A stretch of 64,000 bases of DNA, taken from Trypanosoma brucei (Eukaryota). The notes beneath the pieces are model-generated. The model was not told where the DNA came from, searched no databases, and saw only the letters and a program-made list of their open reading frames with translations. A program made the position numbers and the translations under genes. The DNA lies in assembly GCA_000002445.1 (NCBI GenBank), contig CP000069.1, positions 160,001 through 224,000 on the forward strand, read 5' to 3'. Shown here in pieces: positions 35,001 through 47,458 of the stretch. The number at the start of each line of letters is the position of its first letter. Positions within the stretch are counted from its first letter, which is position 1.

Positions 35001-35684
35001 AATGAGTCGGGAGTAGAACCGTGGAATCGTGCCTCCGAGTCCAGGGTAGTAACAAGGTGCCCTGCTAAAGGTGTAACCACTGGAAGGGTCGAGGGCACTG
35101 AGAACTCAGCTTCCGGGTGGTGACGCCTTTGGTTGCTTCTTGCACTGTAGCCCCTCGTGGCGGTGCGCATTTGAGAGTCATGCAGCGGTTCAGGAAATGT
35201 GTATTCCCACCGTCACGGACCAAACCGTGTAGGTTGGCGCACATGTGCTGAATACTACACCCTAGTTTTACCGGTTCTTTGTTTCATGCTGGCTTGGCAG
35301 CACAATCTGTGGATAACAGTTCGACGGCAGCAAACCGTGCCCGTGTTCGAGCTTGCCTTTCCATGGTCATGAATCCGACATTTTTTCGTTATGTGCCGCA
35401 GCTTTAAAAATAATATCATGTGATGGCTTTTGTTTCGGCATAATATGACGTGTCTTAGTTTATTTTTGGCAGCGCAACACTCCACTCCTTTTTCATGAAA
35501 AGAACGTACTAATGATAGATCGTGCTTGTCTAGCGGAGACCGGCGATGGCGCACAACCGTGTGTAACTCCGTCAATTCTCTCCTATCCAGTTGTCTACCC
35601 CACCTTTGTTCCTACCCGCTCGTTTTTTTTAAATAGCACATAATCCGTTGTTCGTACTAGTAAAATACGTCTAAATATTCAAGA

Positions 35685-38261
35685 ATGACACAACCAGATA
35701 TATTCATGGGTGGGAATCCACTTTGTGTGAGATACAATGGCTATCCCATCCACGTGGTCCGTTCTACGGATGGCACCAGCTGGTTCAGTGCAGCGGATAT
35801 TGTAAGGGCTCTCAGCATGTACAGTACAGGGATGGGTGCAGGTGATTGCTGTAAAGATGATAACACACTTTCACCATCCGATGAGTCTGCGGATTTTGCG
35901 AAGCGCTTGTTATTTTCAGTTGACGAGGAGCACAAAAAGCCACTAAAAGATGTGGTCAAGGAGTGTGAGCGGGCATTGTATGGGAGTGCTGGGATGGAGG
36001 CTTTATACGTTGACCTCACCGGGATCCAGACGTTAACACGCGCTACAAGCATGCCGACAGAGGCTGACTATAACGACTTCATGCAACACGGTGAGGCGCT
36101 TAATAAAATCGTTGGGGCCTTGCAAAGAGGCATCCGTGACAGCTGTGCGCAAATGTCCGAAAAGCCTTGGAATGACGGATCAGGCGGCGTCGTAGAGGTC
36201 AATGCAGCTGACTTACAGTCGCTCCTGAAAACGGTGGAAGAAATGAACGGGTACATGTGCAGCATTTTACCCCGCGTTGCTAACAATGAGGCTACTATAA
36301 GAACTGTGAGTGAGCACATGCTCCAACTCCAAAATAAAGTGGATCATGAAATTGAGAAGATCAGAAGGGAATTCAGCCAACACGGGACTGCTTCACTGAC
36401 TGGACGTGATAAGGTAAGTGAAAATGCGGAAAGCGAGCCCCCATGTGGTACAGCGGAGTTGAATATATCAGAGAGTCCTACAGCGGCTTGTAAAACCGTC
36501 AGACTGCTTGACCAGTCGAAGAATGGGGCTTGGCAGCGCCAGGAGCATCCGGTGGATATTATAAGCAGTGAGGAAAGGCTGATGAACAGCTTCAACTTTG
36601 AAGCATGTGGTGCATCTGCTGAAGAGTTTGGAGAAGCTGAGCTCGAACTGATTGCCTATTTCAGGCGTGCACTAAGTCGTCTGGGGCAGCAGGGTAGAAC
36701 ATGTATTAAACTGTTTCCAGTGAAGGACTCTAACAAACACTCTTCCCATTCCGCTGAGCGCGCCACCTATGAGTTGAAAGTAAAGAGAATGTCACTGCAG
36801 TTGAGTGATTTTAAATTCATCAGCATGTGCCCATCCATAGCCAAGCTCCGTTTCAGCGAGTGTCGCGGTGTGTGCGACCTGGAGGTCCTGGCTGAGGCGA
36901 AATCACTCGACGCATTGAGCCTGGATATTGAAGGGGAGGTGAGGCACCTTCATTTTTTGAGCGGACTGCCTTCCCTTAAGACCCTTCAGCTACATTACCA
37001 ACAAATCTCTGATGACGAATTTCGCTGTTTGTGCCTGTTGGAGGGCCTGGAGGAGCTAACTCTGCGTGATGCTTGGAACTTAACGTGTTTGGCGCCGATT
37101 GCAAGCTTGCGGCGGTTACGGGTATTGGATTTGAGCCTCCCACTGGTGGCCCCCAGCGGCTGCGTGCAAGAGGAGTGTAGTTCTGATGGTGATCAAAGTG
37201 CGGATACAAAGTACCCCCATTTAACGGATGTAAGTCCACTTGCAGAGATAATAGCACTAGAAGACTTGAATCTCCAGGGACGAGGAGGTGTAGAGGCAGG
37301 TGTTGATGCACTTGGATCTTTACCGAAGCTCCGTGTGTTGAATCTGAGTGGAACGGGCATAACCGATTTGTGTTTTGGTGGTCTGAGTGAAAGCAAGACC
37401 TTGACGTCACTTGACATTTCTTTCTGTTGGAATTTGACCGACCTAAGCCAACTCGCTCAAGTCGCCACGCTGAAGGAACTAAAGCTTCGGTTGCACAAAG
37501 ATGGAGTACCCTGCGTGGACGGTCTCGATAGCCTTCCGTTACGCACGCTACACTTGGTTCTCCCCCAAAGAATTTGCCAGCATTCGGAGGAATCTTCTAC
37601 TTTGGAGAGTAGCTGTGAGGTTGCACCCACTGTTTCGCTAACAGATGTGTTCCCCCTCGAAGGGATTGAAACGCTTGAAGAGCTGAGTTTGCGGGGTCAG
37701 GGACATTTGAGTCTACAAATGGACGTCCTTTCCTCCTTGCCTCATCTGTGTGTGTTGGATTTAAGTTTCATAAGCATGACAGAACAGTGTCTTGATGTAC
37801 TTGCCACTATACCAGGCCTGGTGAAGCTCGGATTCACTGCTCGTGGGTGCACAGGGAACATGAGCTCTCTCTCTAAGATTACTTCGCTTGAAGAGCTGGA
37901 CGTCCGAAGTTGCTCTAGTGCCGGCGCAATTGTTGATGCAGCTGCCCTGCTGCCTAAGCTGCGTGTTTTCAGTCTGAGTGGTGCCACAATTACTCCAAGG
38001 AGCCTCCAAAGCCTCATCCAGTGCAATAACCTAGTGAAGCTGGATATTTCCTTCTGCAGGAATGTGGAGGGTGGTACGCCATTCCCATTGATGACTACAG
38101 TGGAAGAGTTGAACCTCAAGGGCTGCCAGAGCGTCCTCTGTCTCGGTGTTTTGGCCAACTTCCCTAGTCTGCGGAAACTAAACGTGAAAAACATGTACGT
38201 GAGTTCCGAAGTGTTAAAGGAGTTTCGTGGGCGTAATGTTGTAGTTCGTTACAGATGCTGA
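35685..38261 (+). CDS. leucine-rich-repeat protein with ESAG8-type (cysteine-containing, RI-like) LRRs and an N-terminal KilA-N/Bro-N-like domain; no RING finger
   Basis: An 858-aa ORF. Residues about 10-45 (NPLCVRYNGYPIHVVRSTDGTSWFSAADIVRALSMYS) match the Bro-N/KilA-N core pattern F.F.G..IRVV..DGE.WFVA.DVA.AL. The middle holds a coiled-coil region. The C-terminal half has at least 15 LRRs of the ESAG8 type (LxxLxLSxCxxLTDLSxLAxxxxLxxLxL). Confidence 0.75.
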   Translation: MTQPDIFMGGNPLCVRYNGYPIHVVRSTDGTSWFSAADIVRALSMYSTGMGAGDCCKDDNTLSPSDESADFAKRLLFSVDEEHKKPLKDVVKECERALYGSAGMEALYVDLTGIQTLTRATSMPTEADYNDFMQHGEALNKIVGALQRGIRDSCAQMSEKPWNDGSGGVVEVNAADLQSLLKTVEEMNGYMCSILPRVANNEATIRTVSEHMLQLQNKVDHEIEKIRREFSQHGTASLTGRDKVSENAESEPPCGTAELNISESPTAACKTVRLLDQSKNGAWQRQEHPVDIISSEERLMNSFNFEACGASAEEFGEAELELIAYFRRALSRLGQQGRTCIKLFPVKDSNKHSSHSAERATYELKVKRMSLQLSDFKFISMCPSIAKLRFSECRGVCDLEVLAEAKSLDALSLDIEGEVRHLHFLSGLPSLKTLQLHYQQISDDEFRCLCLLEGLEELTLRDAWNLTCLAPIASLRRLRVLDLSLPLVAPSGCVQEECSSDGDQSADTKYPHLTDVSPLAEIIALEDLNLQGRGGVEAGVDALGSLPKLRVLNLSGTGITDLCFGGLSESKTLTSLDISFCWNLTDLSQLAQVATLKELKLRLHKDGVPCVDGLDSLPLRTLHLVLPQRICQHSEESSTLESSCEVAPTVSLTDVFPLEGIETLEELSLRGQGHLSLQMDVLSSLPHLCVLDLSFISMTEQCLDVLATIPGLVKLGFTARGCTGNMSSLSKITSLEELDVRSCSSAGAIVDAAALLPKLRVFSLSGATITPRSLQSLIQCNNLVKLDISFCRNVEGGTPFPLMTTVEELNLKGCQSVLCLGVLANFPSLRKLNVKNMYVSSEVLKEFRGRNVVVRYRC

Positions 38262-40288
38262 CGAGGGTCCGAAAGTTTTGTATATTCTGAGCGGGTTCTG
38301 GGTGCTGTGTATCTTGTGCCATAACCACAGTTTTCTTAAGGGCACTTCCCACTCGTATATTGCGCCTCTGGTGTGTGGAGACGCCAGTGTGGCGCCGGTT
38401 GTGCTGATATTTTTGGTGCTTCCCCCTTGGGTTTTATGTGTACCGTCGGTAGCATCGATGTGTATGTAAAGGCTGCCCAACACGCTAGGGACACTCACAC
38501 GTGTCAGGCGGTAGGGGTTATATTTGCTGCTCTTCAAAATAACTTAAGCAAATTGGCACCATGAACAGACGGGTAAAGAGAAATATTGCACGCACCGTCC
38601 TTTTTTTGTTTTTGGTTTGACTTGTCTTATCATATTTTACCTTACTTGCCTCCCTTTTTGATCGCTAATGGCGGGTCGCAGACAAAACATTTATTAATTA
38701 TGAATATTTCGGTGTGGTTGTGCAAAATTTAAGCAAGCAGTTATGCAACAGATATTGGGGCCTCTGTGGACCCGTTTTCTTTTTTTTTTTTTCAACCCTA
38801 CCATTGGGTTCCTCCCCCTTTTCGCCTCTCTGATACGCCCACTTCATTCCTCGTTTGATGTACTGGACCACCTTCCCCACGATCAACTGCCTCCGCTTGC
38901 AGGACACCATCGCTCTGAAATATCTCATCTTCGCCACCTTTTGTTCCGTTTAAGGGCAGTATCGGGTCAACCGCTGTTGAAATATAGGTACTGGTGCTTT
39001 GCGTGGTTGGTGGGGAGGGAGGGGGTTTCTATCGATAACATTTGGCAGGCAGAAAACTGGTTTGCATTCCTCCTTGCGAGTGAACTAAAGGCAAGCGGCT
39101 GGTACAGCCTAGAGAATCATGATAGGGTAGTTTCTATACATCCACAACCGCTGTCCCCTAGAGGATCTCCTCTTCTCCCTCTAGAGTTGAGGTATCCATG
39201 TCCCTGAATCGGGTTTGATAACTACGATATTGTGATGTCTCAAAGGAAGGGTCTGAAAGGGCTGCCCGTCATTCACTTGGTTAATGACACGCACGAAATA
39301 CTCATGATTGTTATCAACCCTATCAAATAAATGTTACCCCCAGAAAGCTACATTACCCGTAGTGTGTCTAATGACCACAGCTGTGACGGGGATGCTGGGG
39401 ATTCACAATGTCGTGTGGAGTCCGTAGGTGAATTTTCCGCCCAAAAGTCTCGAGGTGGTGGGACAGGGGTGGAGGGACAAAAAGAGGGAGAGAGAGTTTG
39501 TGTGGCCGTCCTCCTCCATTAACGTGAAATAATATGGGACAGGGAGAGCTTGTCTGTTCTCTTTACAACCAGTTTACTGTGGGAGTCGTGCTCTAAGCTC
39601 GTTGAAAGCTGAGAACGGGCAGCTGTTGGATGCCCACGGGCCTGCAGCCACCAAATTGTGCAACCACGCAAACTCACAGGGATGTTATGACACGACTTGC
39701 CTCGCCTGGGTAGTTGAGTGCTGCACCACACGTAATGGGTACGTTGAAGCAGCTTCCAAGGCGCAGATGCCTGAGTTGCATAGTTGCCATGCGTCTGTCA
39801 CCACAGCAGTCACGCCGACGACTATGCCACCAATTCCACAACAAGGCTCCAAAGCAGCTCCATAATTAGTAATGAAATGTCAGTAGCAAAGAAAACTACG
39901 ACACACATGAAATACATATACGTGTTTGTGTGACACCATTAGCTACCAGCGTGTCGGTTGTCCCTTTCTATCATTTGCTCGCAATTTACAGTGACATCAT
40001 TAACGAGTCGCCTCTCGCTACCTTGACGTGCCTTCATTGCTTTTTAAGCATTGTTTTGGTTTTGTCGGGAACTTGTTATAGTATCCAACTGTCTGGAAGT
40101 GTAATCTTACTGATTTCTATTTTCCCTCTTTTGATATTCTTCCTTAGGACATAAGATTTCACACACGAAAAGTGTCACACATTACCGAAAATATGAGTTG
40201 GCAGGAAGGTGGTGGAAGAGGATGTGTGTACCCTCATGGAAACTGCAGGCGGAACCTTACCGCAAGGAGCCCTGCAAGGCGTTACAGC

Positions 40289-43200
40289 ATGTACAAGCAC
40301 TCACCTGTCATTACTGCTGTATCACTGCTACACTTGTTTCCTTTGCTACTCATGTGGATGCCACCTGTGTGCGCAGAAAACGGTAATGTGACGGTAAATG
40401 TGCTATCCATGATGTACAGCCTCGGTTTCACCACTCCTGAAGTTAACGCCATTAATGCCGGCTTTGACGCATCACTGAGTGCCCACAGCTGGAAGACGGG
40501 CTCCGGTGCGACAATATCTGTCATCCGTCCCTCATCACCCAATGCGACAATCGAGGACATATTTCAGCTGGGGGTGAAACAAAGTGAAGGGAAGTTATTA
40601 GTTGTATTCGGGCCCCTGGGTACTAATCACGTCTTAAAGAACAGTGATGAACTGAAGAAACATGATCTTGTTGCCATCGCTCCCGTTGCGTACTCCAGTG
40701 AGGTCCGTGGTTGGAACCCTCACCTTTATTTCATAAGTGTCGAACCCAATGCTGAACTCCTCGCCCTCATTCGTTATGCTGTTGTTTACCTCCGTGTCCC
40801 ACGAATAAGTATGATGTACGAAAAGGACAACACCGCCAGTATGGGAGCGTATGAGTTTACTGTGCGAGTATTGGCGATGTTGGGTCGCCATTTATGTGGA
40901 GTGTTCGTTGTGAAGGAGAGTGAGAATCAAAATATCTCTGAGGATGATTTGAACACCAGGTGGAGACAATTTGTTGCTACGCGCCCACAGGCTATATTGT
41001 TGTTTTCATCCCTGGGTAATACAGCAAAGTGGTTCATCAAGAAGGTAGCACAGGACAACCGCACTGCCAATGCGTATCTTCTTTCTACTTCACTACAGCA
41101 ACATTTTTTGATCAAGATGTGGCGTGAGGCATTGGTGTTAGCTAATCGTACATTCACTCCTGAGCAGCTGATCACAACTGGAACAGTGCCGCTCGCTAAT
41201 GATAATCAGTCCTCACTGATTCAGCACTTCCAGCGTGACATGAACAACTACCTGGATACAAACAGTGACTGGAAGGGCTTTGCGAAACCCGATCACTACC
41301 TTGAGGACGACGGTTTAGGTGAGATGATGGTGTATGGGTGGCTTGCGGGAGAAGTTCTCTTCGAAGCTCTGAATAACGCTCCACAGCTGACGAACCGTAA
41401 ATCATTCAGGGAATCTCTGTACAAGCAGCGTCGCTACGTGATTGATGACCTTGTGGTTGGTGACTTTGGTGGTGAGTGCAATGAGGCCGTTGCATTACAG
41501 GGTGCCATGTGTGAATGCAATCAAGGTGGCAGTATGGTATATATGAAGAGTATAATGGATGGCTTCCGACTCAGACCTTTGTGGGAAGGGTTCCTAACGT
41601 GGGGTGTATCAGAGTGCTCAAGTGCCAATGTACAAGTAAGCGCGCCATTGAGTGGCCTCTTTGTGATTCTGGTGGATAACGCAATTGTTTTCCGAGCGAC
41701 TATGAGGTGGTTCCTTGGCGCTCAGGCCCTGGATGAGGCATATGATGTTGACAATAGAATATTTTTCCATCCCCTAACAGTATCTTCAGAGAATGTGACG
41801 CAATCCCTTGAGCAAGTACGGGACAACAGGGATGTATCTGCAGTATTTGGTATCGTTCCAGCGGCGATGTTGGACACACCGAATATGATGTTCATCAGTC
41901 CTATGGTGGTGGGCATCCGCCAGAACGGGTTTAGGAGAAACGTAATACACTTACTGCCTGTGCTTGCGCAGCAACTTTATGTGCTTGCTGTGTATCTCTC
42001 CAACACTTCTTCCAGAGGAGTAAATGCATTCATACGCGGTGAGCAAGCAGGGGAGATCAGTAGCCTGCTGTACAAGTCATTGGTTACGTTTGGTGTGCCG
42101 CTTGATTCCAGCAAGACACTTGGTGATGGTGACCCGGTAGCGTCATATCTCTCGGGTAATGGAGATGTGTTTACTATTGGACTCACTCTCACTGACGTTG
42201 CTGCGGTTGCGCGGCACCTTCAGGCACACCTCAGGGCACGTGTGTTTGTTGGGTTCAATGACCTTGCAATGTACTACGATGAGTTTGTGGCTGCGTTTAA
42301 TGCGAGTAAAGAGTCTATTGCTAGCTCAGAGCGGCTCCTATTCGCGACGAGTTTTCCACACTGGGCGGAGAAGGACACGAAATCAGATGTGGTTGCAAGT
42401 TTCCATCGCATTGTGAATGAATCGCATTGGGATCCACTAACGTTTATCGGTTTTGTTGCAGCTCGGCTGCTTCAAGTGATTCTCCCGAATATGAAGAAAG
42501 TGAATGCAGAGCTGCTGGCAGACCGCATTTACACGGAGTCCAACATCAAAGTGGATGACATGCGATTTGGACCCTTCAGTGATGTGGAATGTGTTTCTGG
42601 TACGAGTGTTTCGGCAAATGAGTGTGCCTCAAACTTTGGAGCCACAAACATTTCTGTATGGTCGATGGCGCGTGTGCTGAATTCAAGCTTGCCCAGAACA
42701 CAGGTTGGGATGACACCGTCTATGGACTATGTTATTCCGCAAGAGGGTCAGCTCACACGGTCACAGATAGCCGGCATAGGTATTGGGTGCGTAGTCGGCT
42801 TCATATTGTTTATTGCCCTTGGTGTGCTCCTACGCATCTCCCTGCGGAATGCTCGTGATAACAATCTTGCACCCAAGGAACCAACTGACCCCGTGACACT
42901 AATATTTACTGACATTGAGAGCAGCACTGCGTTGTGGGCTGCACACCCTGAGCTGATGCCCGATGCCGTCGCCGCGCATCATCGTATGGTCCGTTCACTG
43001 ATTGGGAGGTATGACTGCTACGAAGTCAAAACTGTAGGGGATTCGTTCATGATAGCGAGTAAGAGTCCTTTCGCTGCCGTCCAACTCGCACAGGAACTAC
43101 AGCTGTGTTTCTTGCAACATGACTGGGGAACAAATGCAGTTGATAATTCTTACCGGCACTTCGAGGAGCAATGCACGGAGGGAGAATGTGAGTACACGCC

Positions 43201-43930
43201 GCCAACTGCGCGGTTGGATCCTAAAGTGTACAGTCGTTTGTGGAATGGCCTGCGTGTACGTGTTGGAATCCACACCGGGTTGTGCGACATCCGACACGAT
43301 GAAGTGACAAAGGGATATGACTACTATGGGCGGACTCCAAACATGGCAGCAAGGACGGAGAGTGTAGCAAATGGTGGTCAGGTGCTGATGACGCATGCGG
43401 CGTACATGTCACTGTCAGCTGAGGATCGTAAGCAAATTGATGTCACTGCACTTGGTGATGTTGCACTTCGCGGTGTGAGTGATCCGGTGGAAATGTACCA
43501 GTTGAATGCCGTGCCTGGCCGCAACTTTGCTGCATTACGGCTGGACCGCGAATACTTCTTTGATGAGGGCGAGGATGGCACGACAACCTCCACAAGCGAC
43601 CACAGTTCTTCACGTGCGGAGCTGAGTGAATCAGCTCAGATAATTGCAACTGCACTACAGTCGCTGTTAAGCACGTTCAAGACAGCACAGCGTGAGAAGT
43701 TGTTGCTGCCGTATTGTGAGCGTTGGCGTGTGCCTCTTCCCCGTAAAGCCGCATTCGAGTGGGATGACGCCTACTGTGAGGAAGTGGTGCGTCGCATTGC
43801 AGTTAAGGTTGGGCGTGTCGCTGACCATTGCGCTCATAGTGGAAGTGAGTCGTCAAGTACGCAAGGCAGTTCATCAATTATTATCGTCCCTCTTCACGAC
43901 CTGTACTGCCGTGAAAATTATTCTATTTAA
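40289..43930 (+). CDS. GRESAG4: receptor-type adenylate cyclase (GRESAG4/ESAG4 family), copy 2. The track ORF opens at 40172; the likely start is the ATG at 40289.
   Basis: A 1252-aa ORF about 90% identical to copy 1 through the extracellular, TM and catalytic domains. Its C-terminal tail (AELSESAQ...CERWRVPLPRKAAFEWDDAYCEEVVRRIAVKVGRVAD) matches the pseudogene-type tail, not the copy-1 tail. Confidence 0.9.
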   Translation: MYKHSPVITAVSLLHLFPLLLMWMPPVCAENGNVTVNVLSMMYSLGFTTPEVNAINAGFDASLSAHSWKTGSGATISVIRPSSPNATIEDIFQLGVKQSEGKLLVVFGPLGTNHVLKNSDELKKHDLVAIAPVAYSSEVRGWNPHLYFISVEPNAELLALIRYAVVYLRVPRISMMYEKDNTASMGAYEFTVRVLAMLGRHLCGVFVVKESENQNISEDDLNTRWRQFVATRPQAILLFSSLGNTAKWFIKKVAQDNRTANAYLLSTSLQQHFLIKMWREALVLANRTFTPEQLITTGTVPLANDNQSSLIQHFQRDMNNYLDTNSDWKGFAKPDHYLEDDGLGEMMVYGWLAGEVLFEALNNAPQLTNRKSFRESLYKQRRYVIDDLVVGDFGGECNEAVALQGAMCECNQGGSMVYMKSIMDGFRLRPLWEGFLTWGVSECSSANVQVSAPLSGLFVILVDNAIVFRATMRWFLGAQALDEAYDVDNRIFFHPLTVSSENVTQSLEQVRDNRDVSAVFGIVPAAMLDTPNMMFISPMVVGIRQNGFRRNVIHLLPVLAQQLYVLAVYLSNTSSRGVNAFIRGEQAGEISSLLYKSLVTFGVPLDSSKTLGDGDPVASYLSGNGDVFTIGLTLTDVAAVARHLQAHLRARVFVGFNDLAMYYDEFVAAFNASKESIASSERLLFATSFPHWAEKDTKSDVVASFHRIVNESHWDPLTFIGFVAARLLQVILPNMKKVNAELLADRIYTESNIKVDDMRFGPFSDVECVSGTSVSANECASNFGATNISVWSMARVLNSSLPRTQVGMTPSMDYVIPQEGQLTRSQIAGIGIGCVVGFILFIALGVLLRISLRNARDNNLAPKEPTDPVTLIFTDIESSTALWAAHPELMPDAVAAHHRMVRSLIGRYDCYEVKTVGDSFMIASKSPFAAVQLAQELQLCFLQHDWGTNAVDNSYRHFEEQCTEGECEYTPPTARLDPKVYSRLWNGLRVRVGIHTGLCDIRHDEVTKGYDYYGRTPNMAARTESVANGGQVLMTHAAYMSLSAEDRKQIDVTALGDVALRGVSDPVEMYQLNAVPGRNFAALRLDREYFFDEGEDGTTTSTSDHSSSRAELSESAQIIATALQSLLSTFKTAQREKLLLPYCERWRVPLPRKAAFEWDDAYCEEVVRRIAVKVGRVADHCAHSGSESSSTQGSSSIIIVPLHDLYCRENYSI

Positions 43931-44516
43931 CCGTCAGCTTCAGTTTCATAGCAGTGACATGTCCTGAGTGCTGCGGATATCGATGGTTTGGTAACTGCAC
44001 TGAGCACTCTATTGGCATAATGTAGAATATGTGTCATAAATAAACATAGTTTTTTGACTCTGTTTACGATTATTTTCTTTTTCCAATGTGTCCTAACATG
44101 TTATTATTTTTTCTTGTGTTCCCGTCTTTCGTTGCTCTCTCGTTTCGTAACACTATGTAATTCAGCTTCGATGTTCTATGTTTCTTTTTATTGCGTATGC
44201 CCGACTGTGATGTGAGCGCATCTGCAATGTTGATTATTTACATGTGGATATAGGGTTGCATCAGTGTGGCAAGAAATAACATATGTAACGATTGCGGTTT
44301 AGCATTTGTCGTTGATTTCATTTCCCTCTTTTACCTCCGTAGAAATGTGTATATGCACAAGCCTGTGGATGTGATAGCTGCTAGTGCTTTATTTATTATC
44401 ATGAAATAATTTTGTTTTTATTTGTTCTTGGTTGATCGACATAAATTTTTTCTTTTGTTTTTTTTTGTGTTTAGTGCTTACGGGATTTTCACCATCGAAT
44501 CGCTTTGTTTTTGATG

Positions 44517-44956
44517 CCCAATCCCGCAACCTTTTGGGTACAAAACTGTGTTTCCGTGTGTGTCTGCGTCACGTTTTTCTTTTTTTGAATCCACTTAATG
44601 CTAGCGATGTCTTTAAATATTTTTTCATAATGAGTGTTATGTTGCATGTGTGTTTGTATGTGTTGGGTGTTATGTGGGCTGTTGTATCTCTCTCTTCGGA
44701 TATACAACCCTTATCACCCTCTGCATTGCTGATGTTACATGTTGTTTCACCAGTTGCATGCTTTCTTTCCCTTCACTCATTTGTGTTGCCGTAAGGATTT
44801 AAGGTATGTGATTGCCTCCATTCCCTCCAGAGTGTGATGTCGATGCATGAGCTTAGTTATGTACTGAAACCCGCGTTGCCTCGCAGTATAACAAAGTTCC
44901 TTCACAGTCACAGTTATTGCAGCTTATACTAATTATAGTATTGTGAGGGAGTTTTG
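44517..44956 (+). repeat. partial GRESAG4-array spacer repeat (440 bp, equal to R1 positions 21-476)
   Basis: It begins 586 bp after the copy-2 stop. ORF 44432..44794 shares the MSVMLHVCLYVLGVMWAVVSL peptide with the other copies. Identity ends abruptly at 44957. Confidence 0.75.
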
Positions 44957-46149
44957 TAACACGTTTCCATATTGTTGGAGAAGTGGCGTATGCCGGAACG
45001 AGATGTTTGTGCAACTTTTGCCGTTGTTCTATCTTGTACAGTTCGTGTGCTGTTGTCTGAATGTTGCTGCTACGGTATGCCTAGTTGTGCGTTTGCCTTT
45101 TTTTGTCCGCGTCTTGCCTCTCTATTGGATTGAAAGCAGCAAAGTAGGGCCGCTGGTCTCATTAGCTGTTTTTTTAAAAATATTGCAATGGACTTAGAAT
45201 GCGTTGAGAAACTGCAAATGAGCGATTTGGTTGCTATATCTCTATGTATTGCTTCTGCTGCTGCTAAAACTCTGTTGAGTAATGGGGGGGGGTTCGTGCC
45301 AACAGCGGCTTCAGCTTGGGGCTGTTGTGTGTCCAACTTTGTTTGTTTACGTGTTGGTGATAACAAGGATGTGGTTAAGAATGTCTTTGCGTGGTGGTGC
45401 ACTTTCACACGTGTTACCATTGGGGATGTGGGAAGAGCGTGTTGTGGCGACTATAGATGATCACATTGGGAAAGTTGCTGCGCTAATTTGGAGGGGCGAC
45501 ACCGCTTATGTGCTGTTAAGGGCCGTAGGGGGCTTAAAACAAGGTGCTTAGTTAAGGTGACGGGGCTTTCCAAGTTCTTGAATGGTGCTGAGTGCTTATG
45601 CGTCTACCTTTACCCGCATGCTTTTGCCATGAACATTTTCTGGTGACGACATCTTGTGTGCTATGCGGAAGTGTGCTGCCGGTGCATTTCCATTTGTGGT
45701 ATAAGGCGTGTGTAATGACATCAGCGGTGTCATAAGGGGCGCGCCGGCGGTTACATGGTGCGAGTGCTTCCGCTGATTCTCACTGTCATTTGGCTTTAAG
45801 TGGTTTTCCCCCTTATTTCCCATTTCCTTAAGGTGCACTAAGCGACACAAAGTGGCAGGTGCGTTGCGTCCTCGGTAACAACTTGGATGTGCACTGGGGC
45901 GTGGCTGTTTGGTCGTGTCACCGGCTATGCAGCGCTCTGCTTTTGATGTTTTTTGTTTGCTCACTGCCCACTTGGATCTTCTGTTAAGCGAGGCATCCAC
46001 ACTAATAAATACTGAATGGCTATTTGAAAAATGAGCGTGGCTCTGCATGAAAGACTGCCTGAAAGGCACCTAACCTCAACCGTATGTGTGTGTGTGTATG
46101 TGTGCTCGTATTATTGTTTGGATAAGTGCTACCAAAATATTTCTGTTGT

Positions 46150-47458
<1,309 letters not shown>

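Noticed and set aside
27296-35684. GC-rich blocks as degenerate ingi, SLACS or DIRE retroelements
   Set aside because: None of the ORF translations show reverse-transcriptase (YxDD) or endonuclease motifs. Composition alone is not sufficient.
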